Assembly (NCBI GenBank): GCA_937992195.1
Contig: CALKKV010000007.1
Coordinates: forward strand, 21,581 to 85,580
Direction: 5' to 3'
From: an uncultured Gammaproteobacteria bacterium
GTDB lineage: Bacteria; Pseudomonadota; Gammaproteobacteria; Arenicellales; Poriferihabitantaceae
Length of the DNA: 64,000 bases
Part shown: positions 11,656 to 20,978 of the stretch, piece by piece
How the letters are laid out: the number at the start of each line of letters is the position of its first letter
How positions within the stretch are numbered: the first letter of the stretch is position 1
Notes under the pieces: model-generated
What the model saw: only the letters and a program-made list of their open reading frames with translations
The model's database searches: none
Told to the model about the DNA's origin: nothing
Program-made: the position numbers and the translations under genes

Positions 11656-12642
11656 TTGAAGGCAGTTTTACTTAAGAATTTTGGTGGCCCAGAAAACATG
11701 TTTCTGGGGGAGGCAGAAAAGCCGCAAGCGAAGACCGATGAAATATTAATACGCGTGTACGCAAGTTCGGTGAATCGCCCGGATATCGTGCAGCGCCAGG
11801 GTAACTATCAACCGCCGCCAGGGGACTCGGAGATTCTCGGATTAGAGGTTGCCGGTGTTGTTGAAGCATTGGGGGAGGGTGCTACCCGGTGGCAGGTGGG
11901 AGATCGTGTGATGGCGCTGATTGGTGGTGGTGGCTATGCCGAATACGCGACCGCACATCAAGACCACGCGATGGGTATTCCAATCGAAATGTCATTTGAG
12001 GAGGCGGCATGTATTTGCGAGACATATCTCACCGCCTTTTTGAATGTGTTTATGCTCGGCAAGCTCACGAATGGACAAACGGCGCTGCTGCATGGTGGAG
12101 GTGGTGGGGTTAATAGCGCAGCAATTCAGCTGTGTCAGTATCTTGTGCCTGATACGAAATTAATTGTTACTTGTTCGAGTGGAAAAGTTGAACGCATGCA
12201 GTCGATGGGGGTAGATCATGTTATTGACTACCAGAACAGTTCGTTTGTAGAAGAAGTTGCAAAGATAACCGATAAAAAAGGGGTGAACGTAATTCTGGAT
12301 CACCTTGGTGCGGACTACCTTGCTGGGAATATGCGTTCTCTCTCTGTTTATGGCAGGTTGTTACAAATTGGTGTCATGAGCGGGGCGAAAGCCGAATTGA
12401 ACCTGGCCGTGATGATGGTAAAGCGTCAGCAGATTATCGGCTCTGTTTTGCGTGCAAGGTCAGTTGAGGAAAAAGCCCATATCATCAGTACATTCGATCA
12501 AAAGGTAGGCGGAGCGCTAAGCAATGGAAAGATTGCTCCAGAGATTTCACACGTTTTTCAATTTTCAGAGGCGGCGGATGCGCATCGAATGATGGAGTCC
12601 AGTCAGCATTTCGGTAAGATCGTGTTAAAACTCATTGATTAA
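11656..12642 (+). CDS. NAD(P)H:quinone oxidoreductase, zeta-crystallin/MDR family
   Basis: 328 aa with a TTG start. VNRPDIVQRQGNYQPPPG, the GGGGGV nucleotide loop, and HFGKIVL at the C-terminus. Confidence 0.85.
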   Translation: MKAVLLKNFGGPENMFLGEAEKPQAKTDEILIRVYASSVNRPDIVQRQGNYQPPPGDSEILGLEVAGVVEALGEGATRWQVGDRVMALIGGGGYAEYATAHQDHAMGIPIEMSFEEAACICETYLTAFLNVFMLGKLTNGQTALLHGGGGGVNSAAIQLCQYLVPDTKLIVTCSSGKVERMQSMGVDHVIDYQNSSFVEEVAKITDKKGVNVILDHLGADYLAGNMRSLSVYGRLLQIGVMSGAKAELNLAVMMVKRQQIIGSVLRARSVEEKAHIISTFDQKVGGALSNGKIAPEISHVFQFSEAADAHRMMESSQHFGKIVLKLID

Positions 12643-12719
12643 TTGGATTAAAGTTAATCTTTTTGATTGTTTGTCGGCAGGCTTTACAAGTGGATACCAG
12701 CGCAGTATGCTTCTTCTGG

Positions 12720-12737
12720 TATTTGGTATACCAAATA
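12720..12737. promoter_or_regulatory. 18-bp perfect palindrome TATTTGGTATACCAAATA; candidate GntR/FCD operator upstream of tctC
   Basis: Read directly from the sequence, 40 bp upstream of the tctC ATG. The core GGTATACC/TGGTATACCA fits the GT-Nx-AC type palindrome used by GntR-family regulators. It is related to the sites at 16154 and 27857. A degenerate copy, TGGATACCA, lies at 12691-12699. Confidence 0.55.
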
Positions 12738-12776
12738 TCAATATTCTAAAAATTAACCTCCAAAGGAGAGTAGAAC

Positions 12777-13784
12777 ATGAAGCTCGTACTAGAATCACTT
12801 AAGAAAGCTGCAATTCCTGCAGTGGTAGCCGCTGCGACAACGTTGGGATTGTCAGCACCTGCTATGGCAGAATGGTCTCCAAAGAAACCAGTGGAACTCA
12901 TCATCATGGCTGGAGCCGGTGGTGGTGCTGATCAGATTGCACGTTTACTACAAGGTTTGATTGAAACCAAAAAACTTTCTCCGCGACCTATTATTCCAAT
13001 AAACAAAGCTGGTGGTTCCGGTGCTGAAGCATTGCGATATATCCAGGATAAGAAAGGCGATGACCATACTATTCTTGTTACGCTCAATAGCTTTTATACC
13101 ACCCCGGTAATTCAAAAGGGTATCGGTGTGGATGTCAGTAACTTCACTCCTATTGGCCGGATGGCAGTTGATAACTTCCTGCTTTGGGTAAACAGTGAAA
13201 TGACAGATATCACTGATCTCGATAGCTACGTTGCGGCAGTAAAAGCTGCAGGTACAGGCTGGAAGGTTGGCGGAACGGGCACAGGTCAGGAAGACTCTAT
13301 TCTTACTGCAATGATGGAAAAAGAGTTTGGTTATGACGTAACCTATATTCCATTTCCTGGTGGCGGAACGGTAGCGAAGAATCTGGTGGGTAAGCACATT
13401 GACTCTACGGTAAACAATCCGGCTGAGCAAAGTGAGTTTTTCCGCGCTGGAAATACCAAGCCTCTAGTTCAATTCACCGCAGAGCGTTTACCTGCATACC
13501 CTGATGTTCCTACAGCGAACGAGTTAGGCGTAAACATGGAGTATTACATGCAGCGCTCTATCAATGGACCTCCAGGAATGTCTGCTGAAGCACAAGAGTG
13601 GTATATCAACCTGTTTGAGCAGCTGTTCAATTCTGAAGAATGGCAGAAGTTCTGTGTAGAAGATGGACTTGCATGCGACACCTATCTTTCAGGTGATGCA
13701 CTGGGTCAATATCACCAGGATCAAATTGCATTGCACAAAGAGCTGATTGAATCAGTGGGTGCATCTGCAATTACCGGAGAATAA
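12777..13784 (+). CDS. tctC: tripartite tricarboxylate transporter (TTT) periplasmic substrate-binding protein, TctC/Bug family
   Basis: 335 aa. Signal peptide ending PAMA-EW, then PVELIIMAGAGGGADQIARLL and NKAGGSGAEA, typical of Bug/TctC proteins. Followed by tctB and tctA. Confidence 0.9.
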   Translation: MKLVLESLKKAAIPAVVAAATTLGLSAPAMAEWSPKKPVELIIMAGAGGGADQIARLLQGLIETKKLSPRPIIPINKAGGSGAEALRYIQDKKGDDHTILVTLNSFYTTPVIQKGIGVDVSNFTPIGRMAVDNFLLWVNSEMTDITDLDSYVAAVKAAGTGWKVGGTGTGQEDSILTAMMEKEFGYDVTYIPFPGGGTVAKNLVGKHIDSTVNNPAEQSEFFRAGNTKPLVQFTAERLPAYPDVPTANELGVNMEYYMQRSINGPPGMSAEAQEWYINLFEQLFNSEEWQKFCVEDGLACDTYLSGDALGQYHQDQIALHKELIESVGASAITGE

Positions 13785-13808
13785 TTCTCCGCTATCGGTG
13801 GATTTGTT

Positions 13809-13924
13809 GTCGTCAGCAGCGGCTGAAATTTAAGGCTGCTGCTTTACGACAGCAATCATACTGATTGCTTCATACCGTTAGTCGGCATACTCGCTGCACA
13901 CAGGGAGTATGCCGCTAGCAATCA
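13809..13924 (+). other. structured intercistronic region between tctC and tctB (several stem-loops with alternative pairings)
   Basis: Stem 1 is GTCGTCAGCAGC (13809-13820) with GCTGCTG..ACGAC (13835-13850). Stem 2 is a 10-bp perfect stem, CGGCATACTC (13883-13892) with GAGTATGCCG (13905-13914). TGATTGCT (13862-13869) is complementary to both AGCAATCA copies (13851-13858 and 13917-13924). Confidence 0.5.
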
Positions 13925-14000
13925 ACATCAACCCTGCTTTTTTCGAGTGTGAGCTCGATGACAAGAAAGTTACGTCTGCATTTTGATAGAGATTGGTTAA

Positions 14001-14510
14001 ATGACTGTAAGAACTGCTGAAATCTGTATGGCCATTCTATTGGCGCTGTGTTCAATTGCCTTGATGTTCAAGAGCGCCGAGCTAAAGATTGGTTGGGTGC
14101 CTGAAAGAGGACCCGGGTCCGGAGCGTGGCCATTTTGGCTTTCAGCCGGCATGTTGCTGACGTGTCTCGCGACTATCTACCGCTGGTTCAAGGGTGTCAC
14201 TCCTGAGTCGAAGAACCTCGAGCCGTTTATGACTAAGGATACGATTTTGGTAGTGGGGGTTTCTGCGGGTTCAATTTTATTCTTGCTGGCTGCGACGCAC
14301 TTTGTGGGTATCTATATTGCGCTGTTTTTTTTCTTATTGTTCTATCTAAGATTTATTGGGCACCATAGCTGGTTGCTAACTATTGTGATGGTGATAGTTG
14401 TGCCAATTATTGTTTTTTGCTTGTTTGAATGGGCATTAAAAATTCCATTACCGAAAGCGATCACTGAAGAATGGTTTTATCCAATCTATGATTTGATGTA
14501 TTCCTACTAA
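14001..14510 (+). CDS. tctB: TTT transporter small membrane subunit TctB
   Basis: 169 aa with 4 predicted TM helices. Its position between tctC and tctA matches TctB-family size and topology. Confidence 0.8.
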   Translation: MTVRTAEICMAILLALCSIALMFKSAELKIGWVPERGPGSGAWPFWLSAGMLLTCLATIYRWFKGVTPESKNLEPFMTKDTILVVGVSAGSILFLLAATHFVGIYIALFFFLLFYLRFIGHHSWLLTIVMVIVVPIIVFCLFEWALKIPLPKAITEEWFYPIYDLMYSY

Positions 14511-14580
14511 TATTTATTCGTTGATTTACAAACACCAACGTAAAACTATTTTCCATCAACATTATTCGTAAAACAAAACA

Positions 14581-16104
14581 ATGGAAGAGATACTGATTCA
14601 TCTTGGAGGCGGACTTGCACAAGCAATGGAGCCGCTGAACTTCACCATGATTATCCTTGGCTGTATGCTGGGGCTGTTGATTGGCGCGATGCCTGGGCTT
14701 GGTTCTGTAAACGGCGTTGCGATTCTGTTGCCGATCACTTTTCTTGTGCCGCCAACAGCCGCTATTATTTTTCTCGCAGCTATTTACTATGGTGCAATGT
14801 ACGGCGGTGCGATTAGTTCGATTACGCTTGGTATACCCGGGGCTTCCACTGCGGTAGCAACGGTGTTTGACGGTAGGCCGTTAGCGCAAGCCGGCCATGC
14901 CGATCGAGCGTTAACCGCTGCTGCTGTCGCTTCATTTATTGGTGGCACGATTTCAGTTGTGTTATTCACTTTATTTGCGCCGCCGCTTGCAGCATTTGCC
15001 CTTAGGTTTGGTCCTGCGGAAGAGTTCGCGTTAATGCTTTTAGCGTTCGCGACGTTTATCGGCTTGGGCGGTGATGATATTCCAAAAACAGTGTTTTCAA
15101 TTTTGATCGGTCTGGTCCTGGCTACGGTCGGTCTGGATATTATTTCCGGACAGCCGAGATTGATTTTTGGCGATATAGATGGATTTCTCCACGGTATTAA
15201 TTTCCTTGTTTTAGCAATTGGAATTTATGGTATCGGAGAGATGCTTTGGACTTTGGAAACTACCCAGGGAAAAGTAACTGTCCACAAAGTGAAAATGTCG
15301 GTCTCTCAGATGAAAAGGAATTTGGGTGATGTAAAACAATATATCGGTACTACCTCACTTGGATCTGTACTGGGTTACTTTGTTGGTACCTTGCCTGCAG
15401 CGGGTGCAACCCCTGCATCGCTAATGTCTTACGGACTTGCGAAGACTTTTTCAAAAGATCCCGAGAGTTTTGGTAAGGGTAATATTGCTGGCGTCGCAGC
15501 ACCTGAGGCTGCAAATAATGCGGCATCAACTGGCTCGATGTTGCCGATGATTACCCTCGGTATTCCTGGATCTCCGACTACAGCTATTTTGCTTGGTGGC
15601 ATGATTATTTGGGGACTGAGACCTGGTCCACTTTTATTTACCGAAAACCCTGAGTTTGTATGGGGGTTGATTGGATCATTGTATATTGCAAATTTGGCGA
15701 CGGTTATCATAAATATTGCGTTTATACCTCTGTTTGTGAAGGTGTTAACTTGTCCGTTTACGATTCTTGCGCCAATTATTTATATCCTTTGCGTGGTAGG
15801 CGGGTATGCGCCGACACAAACTATGCACGATGTTTGGCTTATGCTGCTGTTTGGCATTGTTGGCTATCTACTGAGGAAACTTAATTATCCCGTTGCTCCG
15901 GCTGTGTTGGCGATTGTTTTAGGACCATTAGCGGAGCGTTCCCTTAGACAGTCGCTGCTATCTTCTCAAGGCGAGCTTTCTATCTTTGTTACACGCCCGA
16001 TATCAGCAACCTGTATTGTTATTGCCTTGGCTTTGGTTTTCTATCCGGTATACAAAAAGTTTTCGAATAAACGCGCTGCGGATATGCCGGCGGCGAGCGG
16101 CTAA
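14581..16104 (+). CDS. tctA: TTT transporter large permease subunit TctA
   Basis: 507 aa polytopic protein. GAMPGLGSVNGVAILLP, YYGAMYGGAISSI and GIPGSPTTAILLGG are conserved TctA blocks. Confidence 0.92.
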   Translation: MEEILIHLGGGLAQAMEPLNFTMIILGCMLGLLIGAMPGLGSVNGVAILLPITFLVPPTAAIIFLAAIYYGAMYGGAISSITLGIPGASTAVATVFDGRPLAQAGHADRALTAAAVASFIGGTISVVLFTLFAPPLAAFALRFGPAEEFALMLLAFATFIGLGGDDIPKTVFSILIGLVLATVGLDIISGQPRLIFGDIDGFLHGINFLVLAIGIYGIGEMLWTLETTQGKVTVHKVKMSVSQMKRNLGDVKQYIGTTSLGSVLGYFVGTLPAAGATPASLMSYGLAKTFSKDPESFGKGNIAGVAAPEAANNAASTGSMLPMITLGIPGSPTTAILLGGMIIWGLRPGPLLFTENPEFVWGLIGSLYIANLATVIINIAFIPLFVKVLTCPFTILAPIIYILCVVGGYAPTQTMHDVWLMLLFGIVGYLLRKLNYPVAPAVLAIVLGPLAERSLRQSLLSSQGELSIFVTRPISATCIVIALALVFYPVYKKFSNKRAADMPAASG

Positions 16105-16153
16105 CAGAAATTTTATTAATGTTGAATTCGAAACATAAATCTCGGATGCAGTC

Positions 16154-16170
16154 TTGTATACAATATACAA
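16154..16170. promoter_or_regulatory. palindromic operator TTGTATACAATATACAA in front of the GntR-ThDP enzyme-frc operon
   Basis: 7-bp inverted arms TTGTATA/TATACAA with a 3-bp spacer. TTGTATACAA is itself a perfect 10-bp palindrome. The 15-mer GTATACAATATACAA (16156-16170) recurs exactly at 27862-27876. The site lies 47 bp upstream of the likely ATG of the GntR gene. Confidence 0.6.
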
Positions 16171-16216
16171 GCCACTGGAGCTGTTGAAATTCTTTTATGG
16201 ATGCGAACAAATAAGA

Positions 16217-16918
16217 ATGTCGGAAGACAAACCAACAATCGGCAGTTTGAAACCTCTGGATCTCTATCCTGGATTAAAAGACGCGGTATACCAATCGCTA
16301 AGGGATGCGATTTCCGAGATGGATATTTACTCCGGAATTGAACCTCCGAAATTGGATGAGCGGAAGCTTGCGGAGGAGCTTGGTGTCAGTAGAACGCCAG
16401 TGCGGGAAGCCTTGAGCCGACTAGAACAGGAGGGCCTGGTTGTGACGTATCCACGTCGTGGTGCTTTTGTAGTACGGAAAACTAAAAAAGAAATTATAGA
16501 AATTGTTACGGTATGGGCCGGACTTGAAGGAATGGCTGCGAGACTGGTGACTGAGAATGCCAGTGATCAGGAAATTTCATCGATGAGGGAAATGTTCTCC
16601 ACTTTTGACGCGAGCAATGAAGCGAGAGCGCATATAGACGAGTATTCAAGCACCAATATTGCTTTTCATCAGAGACTGATTGAGTTGAGCAAATGCAAGC
16701 TGTTGATAGATATCGCTGAAAGCTTGTTTGTCCATATGCGCGCGATTCGTCGAAAGACAATTAGCGAGCGAGATCGGGCAACAGAATCGATTATTGACCA
16801 TATGCGGATCATCCAAACGCTTGAATTGCGGGATGCCACGATGGCAGAACAACTGGTTAGAGAACACGCTATGTATTTAGCGGACCATATTAAGAAGTAT
16901 GTTGATTACTTGGATTGA
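16217..16918 (+). CDS. GntR family transcriptional regulator with FCD ligand-binding domain
   Basis: The winged HTH LDERKLAEELGVSRTPVREALSRLEQEGLV is followed by an all-helical FCD-type C-terminal domain (FHQRLIELS...). The start is taken at ATG 16217 because the longer TTG-start ORF (16154) begins inside the operator palindrome. Confidence 0.85.
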   Translation: MSEDKPTIGSLKPLDLYPGLKDAVYQSLRDAISEMDIYSGIEPPKLDERKLAEELGVSRTPVREALSRLEQEGLVVTYPRRGAFVVRKTKKEIIEIVTVWAGLEGMAARLVTENASDQEISSMREMFSTFDASNEARAHIDEYSSTNIAFHQRLIELSKCKLLIDIAESLFVHMRAIRRKTISERDRATESIIDHMRIIQTLELRDATMAEQLVREHAMYLADHIKKYVDYLD

Positions 16919-16951
16919 AAACACACTGAAAACACAAATTGGACAGAACTA

Positions 16952-18688
16952 ATGACAAATAAATCAGATACCGCGCATGATACTTTGGCGCAGAAAGACA
17001 AAAGCGGCAGCGTAATTTCCGGTGGCCACCTGGTTGCCAAAGCGCTAAAGAATGAAGGGGTTGACACCGTCTTTACCCTGTGTGGTGGACATATCATCGA
17101 TATTTATGACGGCTGCATTGATGAAGGTATACGTATTGTAGATGTGCGCCACGAGCAAACCGCAGCCCATGCCGCGGATGGCTATGCGCGACAAACTGGA
17201 AAGCTGGGTTGTGTGGTAACAACTGCGGGGCCAGGATGTACCAATGCAGTGACAGGTGTTGCTACCGCATTTCGTTCAGAAAGTCCTATCTTGCATATCG
17301 GTGGTCAAAGTTCGTTGACCCAACATAAGATGGGGTCGCTACAAGACTTGCCTCATGTTGACATGATGACACCGATTACCAAGTTTGCTTCGGGTGTGTT
17401 CTCTACAGAGCGTGTTGCCGATATGGTTTCGATGGCTGCACGAGAGTGCTTTAATGGCGCTTATGGCCCGTCATATCTCGAAATTCCAAGAGATGTTCTC
17501 GATCGTGAAGTACCGATTGAGTCTGCGACTATTCCTGCGCCGGGATCGTATCGTGCTTCTGTGAAGTCGATTGGTGATCCTGCGGATATTGAAAAACTTG
17601 CCGATATATTGGTCAAAGCGGAACGTCCTGCGGTACTTTTTGGACAGCAGGTTTGGGCTTCCCAAGGACACCATGAGGCGATTCAGTTTGTCCGTGATTT
17701 GGATATTCCCGCTTATATGAACGGCGCTAGTCGGGGCATGTTGCCAAATGATGATCCGCACCATTTTGATCGCACGCGTCGTGACGCCTTCAATAATGCG
17801 GATGTCATTCTTATCGTTGGAACACCGTTCGATTTTAGAATGGGTTATGGCAAGCGAATTTCGAGCAAAGCGACTTTGGTGCAAATTGATCAAAGTTACA
17901 ACACGGTTGGAAAGAATAGAGATATCGACTTAGGAATTGCAGGTGATCCAGGTGCAATATTGGCTGCTGCAGCCCAGGCCGCCAGCGGTCGTATCGACAA
18001 TGGTGCCAAGAAAAAGCGACAGGCCTGGATGAAAGAACTTCGAGAGATCGAGGTAACCAAGCTAGAGAAACTTATGCCGATGTTTACTACCGATCAAAAT
18101 CCGATCCATCCGTATCGGTTGGCCTATGAAATTAATGAGTTTCTCGGAGACGATACAATTTATATCGGCGATGGCGGTGACATCGTAACCATCTCGGCGC
18201 AGGCGGTGAGGCCACGCAATCCTGGGCAGTGGATGGATCCTGGTGCACTGGGTTCTCTGGGTGTTGGAACTGGATTTTCCATGGCGGCAAAGCTTGCGCA
18301 TCCCGATAAAGAAGTGGTTTGCTTATACGGTGATGGCTCTTTTGGTATGACTTCTTTTGATATGGAAACGTCTCAGCGATTTGGTGCGCCGTATCTCGCG
18401 ATTGTTGGAAACAACAGTCATATGAATCAAATTCGATATGGCCAGATTGCAAAATATGGAGAAGAGCGCGGAAACATTGGAAACAAGCTCGGCGACATTC
18501 CTTTCGGTCAGTTTGGTGAAATGATCGGCGGCTATGGAGAAGAGGTAAGAGAAGCCAGCGAAATTCAGCCTGCGCTAAATCGTGCCCGTGAAGCAATTGC
18601 GAAAACAGGAAAATGTGCGGTTGTGAATGTTTGGGTAGATCCTGACGAGTATGCTCCGGGAACCAAAGCGCAAACTATGTACAAGTAA
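16952..18688 (+). CDS. thiamine-diphosphate-dependent enzyme; probable oxalyl-CoA decarboxylase or 2-hydroxyacyl-CoA lyase (specificity inferred from context only)
   Basis: 578 aa with the three-domain ThDP fold. It has an N-terminal Pyr domain (RHEQTAAHAADGYAR, TAGPGCTNAVTG) and a C-terminal PP domain with the ThDP/Mg motif GDGSFGMTSFDMETSQRFGAPYLAIVGNN. Located immediately upstream of frc. The N-terminal blocks look more acetolactate-synthase-like than the OXC sequences I recall. Confidence 0.6.
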   Translation: MTNKSDTAHDTLAQKDKSGSVISGGHLVAKALKNEGVDTVFTLCGGHIIDIYDGCIDEGIRIVDVRHEQTAAHAADGYARQTGKLGCVVTTAGPGCTNAVTGVATAFRSESPILHIGGQSSLTQHKMGSLQDLPHVDMMTPITKFASGVFSTERVADMVSMAARECFNGAYGPSYLEIPRDVLDREVPIESATIPAPGSYRASVKSIGDPADIEKLADILVKAERPAVLFGQQVWASQGHHEAIQFVRDLDIPAYMNGASRGMLPNDDPHHFDRTRRDAFNNADVILIVGTPFDFRMGYGKRISSKATLVQIDQSYNTVGKNRDIDLGIAGDPGAILAAAAQAASGRIDNGAKKKRQAWMKELREIEVTKLEKLMPMFTTDQNPIHPYRLAYEINEFLGDDTIYIGDGGDIVTISAQAVRPRNPGQWMDPGALGSLGVGTGFSMAAKLAHPDKEVVCLYGDGSFGMTSFDMETSQRFGAPYLAIVGNNSHMNQIRYGQIAKYGEERGNIGNKLGDIPFGQFGEMIGGYGEEVREASEIQPALNRAREAIAKTGKCAVVNVWVDPDEYAPGTKAQTMYK

Positions 18689-18810
18689 CGTACAGAAGTT
18701 CGTAAAGAACGGACCCGGTAACGAGATTGAGGCCGAGTCCTTCATGCAATGTGATTCCTGATTTGGAATACACACAACAGATTAACTAATTCCCATTTTG
18801 GAACGAGATT

Positions 18811-20055
18811 ATGAAAGCGTTAGACGGTATCAAGATACTTGATTTCACCCATGTGCAGTCGGGTCCAACCTGCACGCAATTGCTCGGCTGGTTCGGTGCT
18901 GACGTAATTAAGGTGGAACGTCCCGGTGTTGGTGATGCAACGAGAAAGCAGCTCATCGACAAGCCCGGTTCCGATTCACTGTATTTCACCATGTTGAATC
19001 ATAACAAACGCTCTTTGACGCTCAATACCAAGACTGATGATGGCAAAGAAGTTTTGGAACGGCTGATCAAAGAATGCGATGTCATGGTGGAAAACTTTGC
19101 ACCGGGAGCACTTGATCGAATGGGATTTACCTGGGAGCGAATTCAGGAGCTGAACCCGAAGATGATTATGGCTTCGGTAAAGGGTTTTGGACCTGGTCCT
19201 TATGAAGACTGCAAGGTGTATGAAAACGTTGCGCAATGTGCGGGTGGTGCGGCATCGACAACAGGCTTTCGTGATGGGCCGCCGCTGGTAACGGGCGCGC
19301 AAATTGGCGATTCCGGGACAGGGTTACACCTGTGCCTTGGAATCGTGACCGCTTTATTTCAAAGAGAACGGTCGGGGCGCGGACAAAAGGTATTAGCGCC
19401 AATGCAGGACAGTGTACTGAACTTATGTCGGGTCAAACTTCGCGATCAGCAGAGACTGGATGCCGGACCGTTAAAAGAATATTCGCAATTTGGTGAAGGC
19501 GTTGCTTTTGGTGAAGCAACTCCGCGGGCAGGAAACGATTCCGGCGGAGGTCAACCGGGTCGAATTTTGAAATGCCTTGGTTGGGAAAATGATCCAGATG
19601 CCTATACCTACTTCATCACCCAAGCCGCGGTGTGGAAAAATATTTGTGATGTGATTGGCAAGCCCGAGTGGAAGGACGATCCCGACTATGCGACTCCAGA
19701 TGTTAGATTAAATAAGCTCAATGAAATATTTGACACCATTGAAGCCTGGACAATGACGAAAGACAAGTTTGACGTGATGGATATTTGTAACCCGTTGAAT
19801 ATTCCAGTGGGCCCGATTTTGTCGATGAAAGAGTTGGCTGAAGAACCCGCCTTGCGTGACACCGGCACTATTGTTGAAGTGGATCATCCTGAACGCGGTA
19901 AGTATTTAACAGTGGGTTGCCCGGTTAAGCTTTCTGATTCTGAAGTGGACGTTACGCGATCGCCATTATTAGGAGAGCATTCTGAAGAAGTTTTAGCAAT
20001 GCTTGGTTATTCAGAAACCGATATTAGCGCAATGCGTGAATCAGGCGCTATTTAG
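18811..20055 (+). CDS. frc: formyl-CoA:oxalate CoA-transferase (family III CoA-transferase)
   Basis: 414 aa. Long colinear blocks match recalled Oxalobacter Frc: [107 protein letters not shown]. Confidence 0.88.
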   Translation: MKALDGIKILDFTHVQSGPTCTQLLGWFGADVIKVERPGVGDATRKQLIDKPGSDSLYFTMLNHNKRSLTLNTKTDDGKEVLERLIKECDVMVENFAPGALDRMGFTWERIQELNPKMIMASVKGFGPGPYEDCKVYENVAQCAGGAASTTGFRDGPPLVTGAQIGDSGTGLHLCLGIVTALFQRERSGRGQKVLAPMQDSVLNLCRVKLRDQQRLDAGPLKEYSQFGEGVAFGEATPRAGNDSGGGQPGRILKCLGWENDPDAYTYFITQAAVWKNICDVIGKPEWKDDPDYATPDVRLNKLNEIFDTIEAWTMTKDKFDVMDICNPLNIPVGPILSMKELAEEPALRDTGTIVEVDHPERGKYLTVGCPVKLSDSEVDVTRSPLLGEHSEEVLAMLGYSETDISAMRESGAI

Positions 20056-20066
20056 GAGAATATAAA

Positions 20067-20978
20067 ATGAGAATTGTCGTACACGGCCAGCAGGCTTTCG
20101 GTGAAGCAGTGTTGCAAAAGCTGCTGGATAACAAAGAAGATATTGTTGCGGTTTGTACTGCGCCGGATAAAGAAGGAAGCCCAATAGACCCGTTGAAGCA
20201 GCTTGCATTGGATAATAATCTTCCAGTGCATCAACCCGCTTCATGGAAAACACCTGAAGCGGCAGAATTGATGCATTCTTTTGAGGCCGATGTATGCATG
20301 ATGGCTTATGTCCTGTTGTTCGTGCCATCAGAAGTATTAAACATCCCAAAACATGGGTCATTCCAGTATCATCCGTCCTTGCTGCCGATGCACAGGGGGC
20401 CATCGTCTATAAACTGGCCGATCGCCACAGGGGCTGTCAAAACAGGACTCACTATTTTTTGGCCAGATGATGGTCTTGATGAAGGTCCTATTCTGTTGCA
20501 AAAGACTTGCGACATCGGTCCGGATGAGACCCTAGGTGATGTTTACTTTAATAAGCTATTCCCAATGGGCGTAGACGCCATGATCGAGTCTCTTGATCTG
20601 GTGAAGCAGGGGACTGCGCCAAAAGTGGTCCAAGATCTGTCACAGGGCTCATATGAGTCGTGGTTTGGTAAAAACGAGGCGAAGTTAGATTGGTCACAAC
20701 CGGCGCACCAGGTTTATAACGTTATCCGAGCTGCAAATCCTCAACCTTCGGCCTGGACCACCCATGACGGCAATATTTTAAAGCTGTTCGATAGCCGTGT
20801 TGGCAATGGCAAGGGTGAGCCTGGAGAGGTGGTGAAAGCTAGCGGCAATGAGATTGAAATTGCGGCAGCAGAGGGTTCTATCATTGTAAGCAGAGTGAGG
20901 GCAGATGCCGGAAAAGTCTCTGCTGAAGACTATATAGCCGAAACTGGATTAAAAGCAGGTGCGCGACTGGGCACCTGA
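20067..20978 (+). CDS. formyltransferase-fold protein resembling the N-terminal hydrolase domain of 10-formyltetrahydrofolate dehydrogenase
   Basis: 303 aa. It aligns colinearly with recalled FDH N-terminal domain: GQQAFGEAV, PDKEGSPIDPL, the HG..YHPSLLPMHRGPSSINW catalytic His block, TIFWPDDGLDEGPILLQK with the catalytic Asp, and a C-terminal Fmt-like beta-barrel region. It has no dehydrogenase or ACP-like domains. Confidence 0.75.
   Translation: MRIVVHGQQAFGEAVLQKLLDNKEDIVAVCTAPDKEGSPIDPLKQLALDNNLPVHQPASWKTPEAAELMHSFEADVCMMAYVLLFVPSEVLNIPKHGSFQYHPSLLPMHRGPSSINWPIATGAVKTGLTIFWPDDGLDEGPILLQKTCDIGPDETLGDVYFNKLFPMGVDAMIESLDLVKQGTAPKVVQDLSQGSYESWFGKNEAKLDWSQPAHQVYNVIRAANPQPSAWTTHDGNILKLFDSRVGNGKGEPGEVVKASGNEIEIAAAEGSIIVSRVRADAGKVSAEDYIAETGLKAGARLGT

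Noticed and set aside
16154-16216. TTG-initiated 21-codon N-terminal extension of the GntR ORF
   Set aside because: The TTG is the first triplet of the operator palindrome itself. GntR HTH proteins do not need this extension, so ATG 16217 is preferred. The SD there is weak, so the start remains somewhat uncertain.
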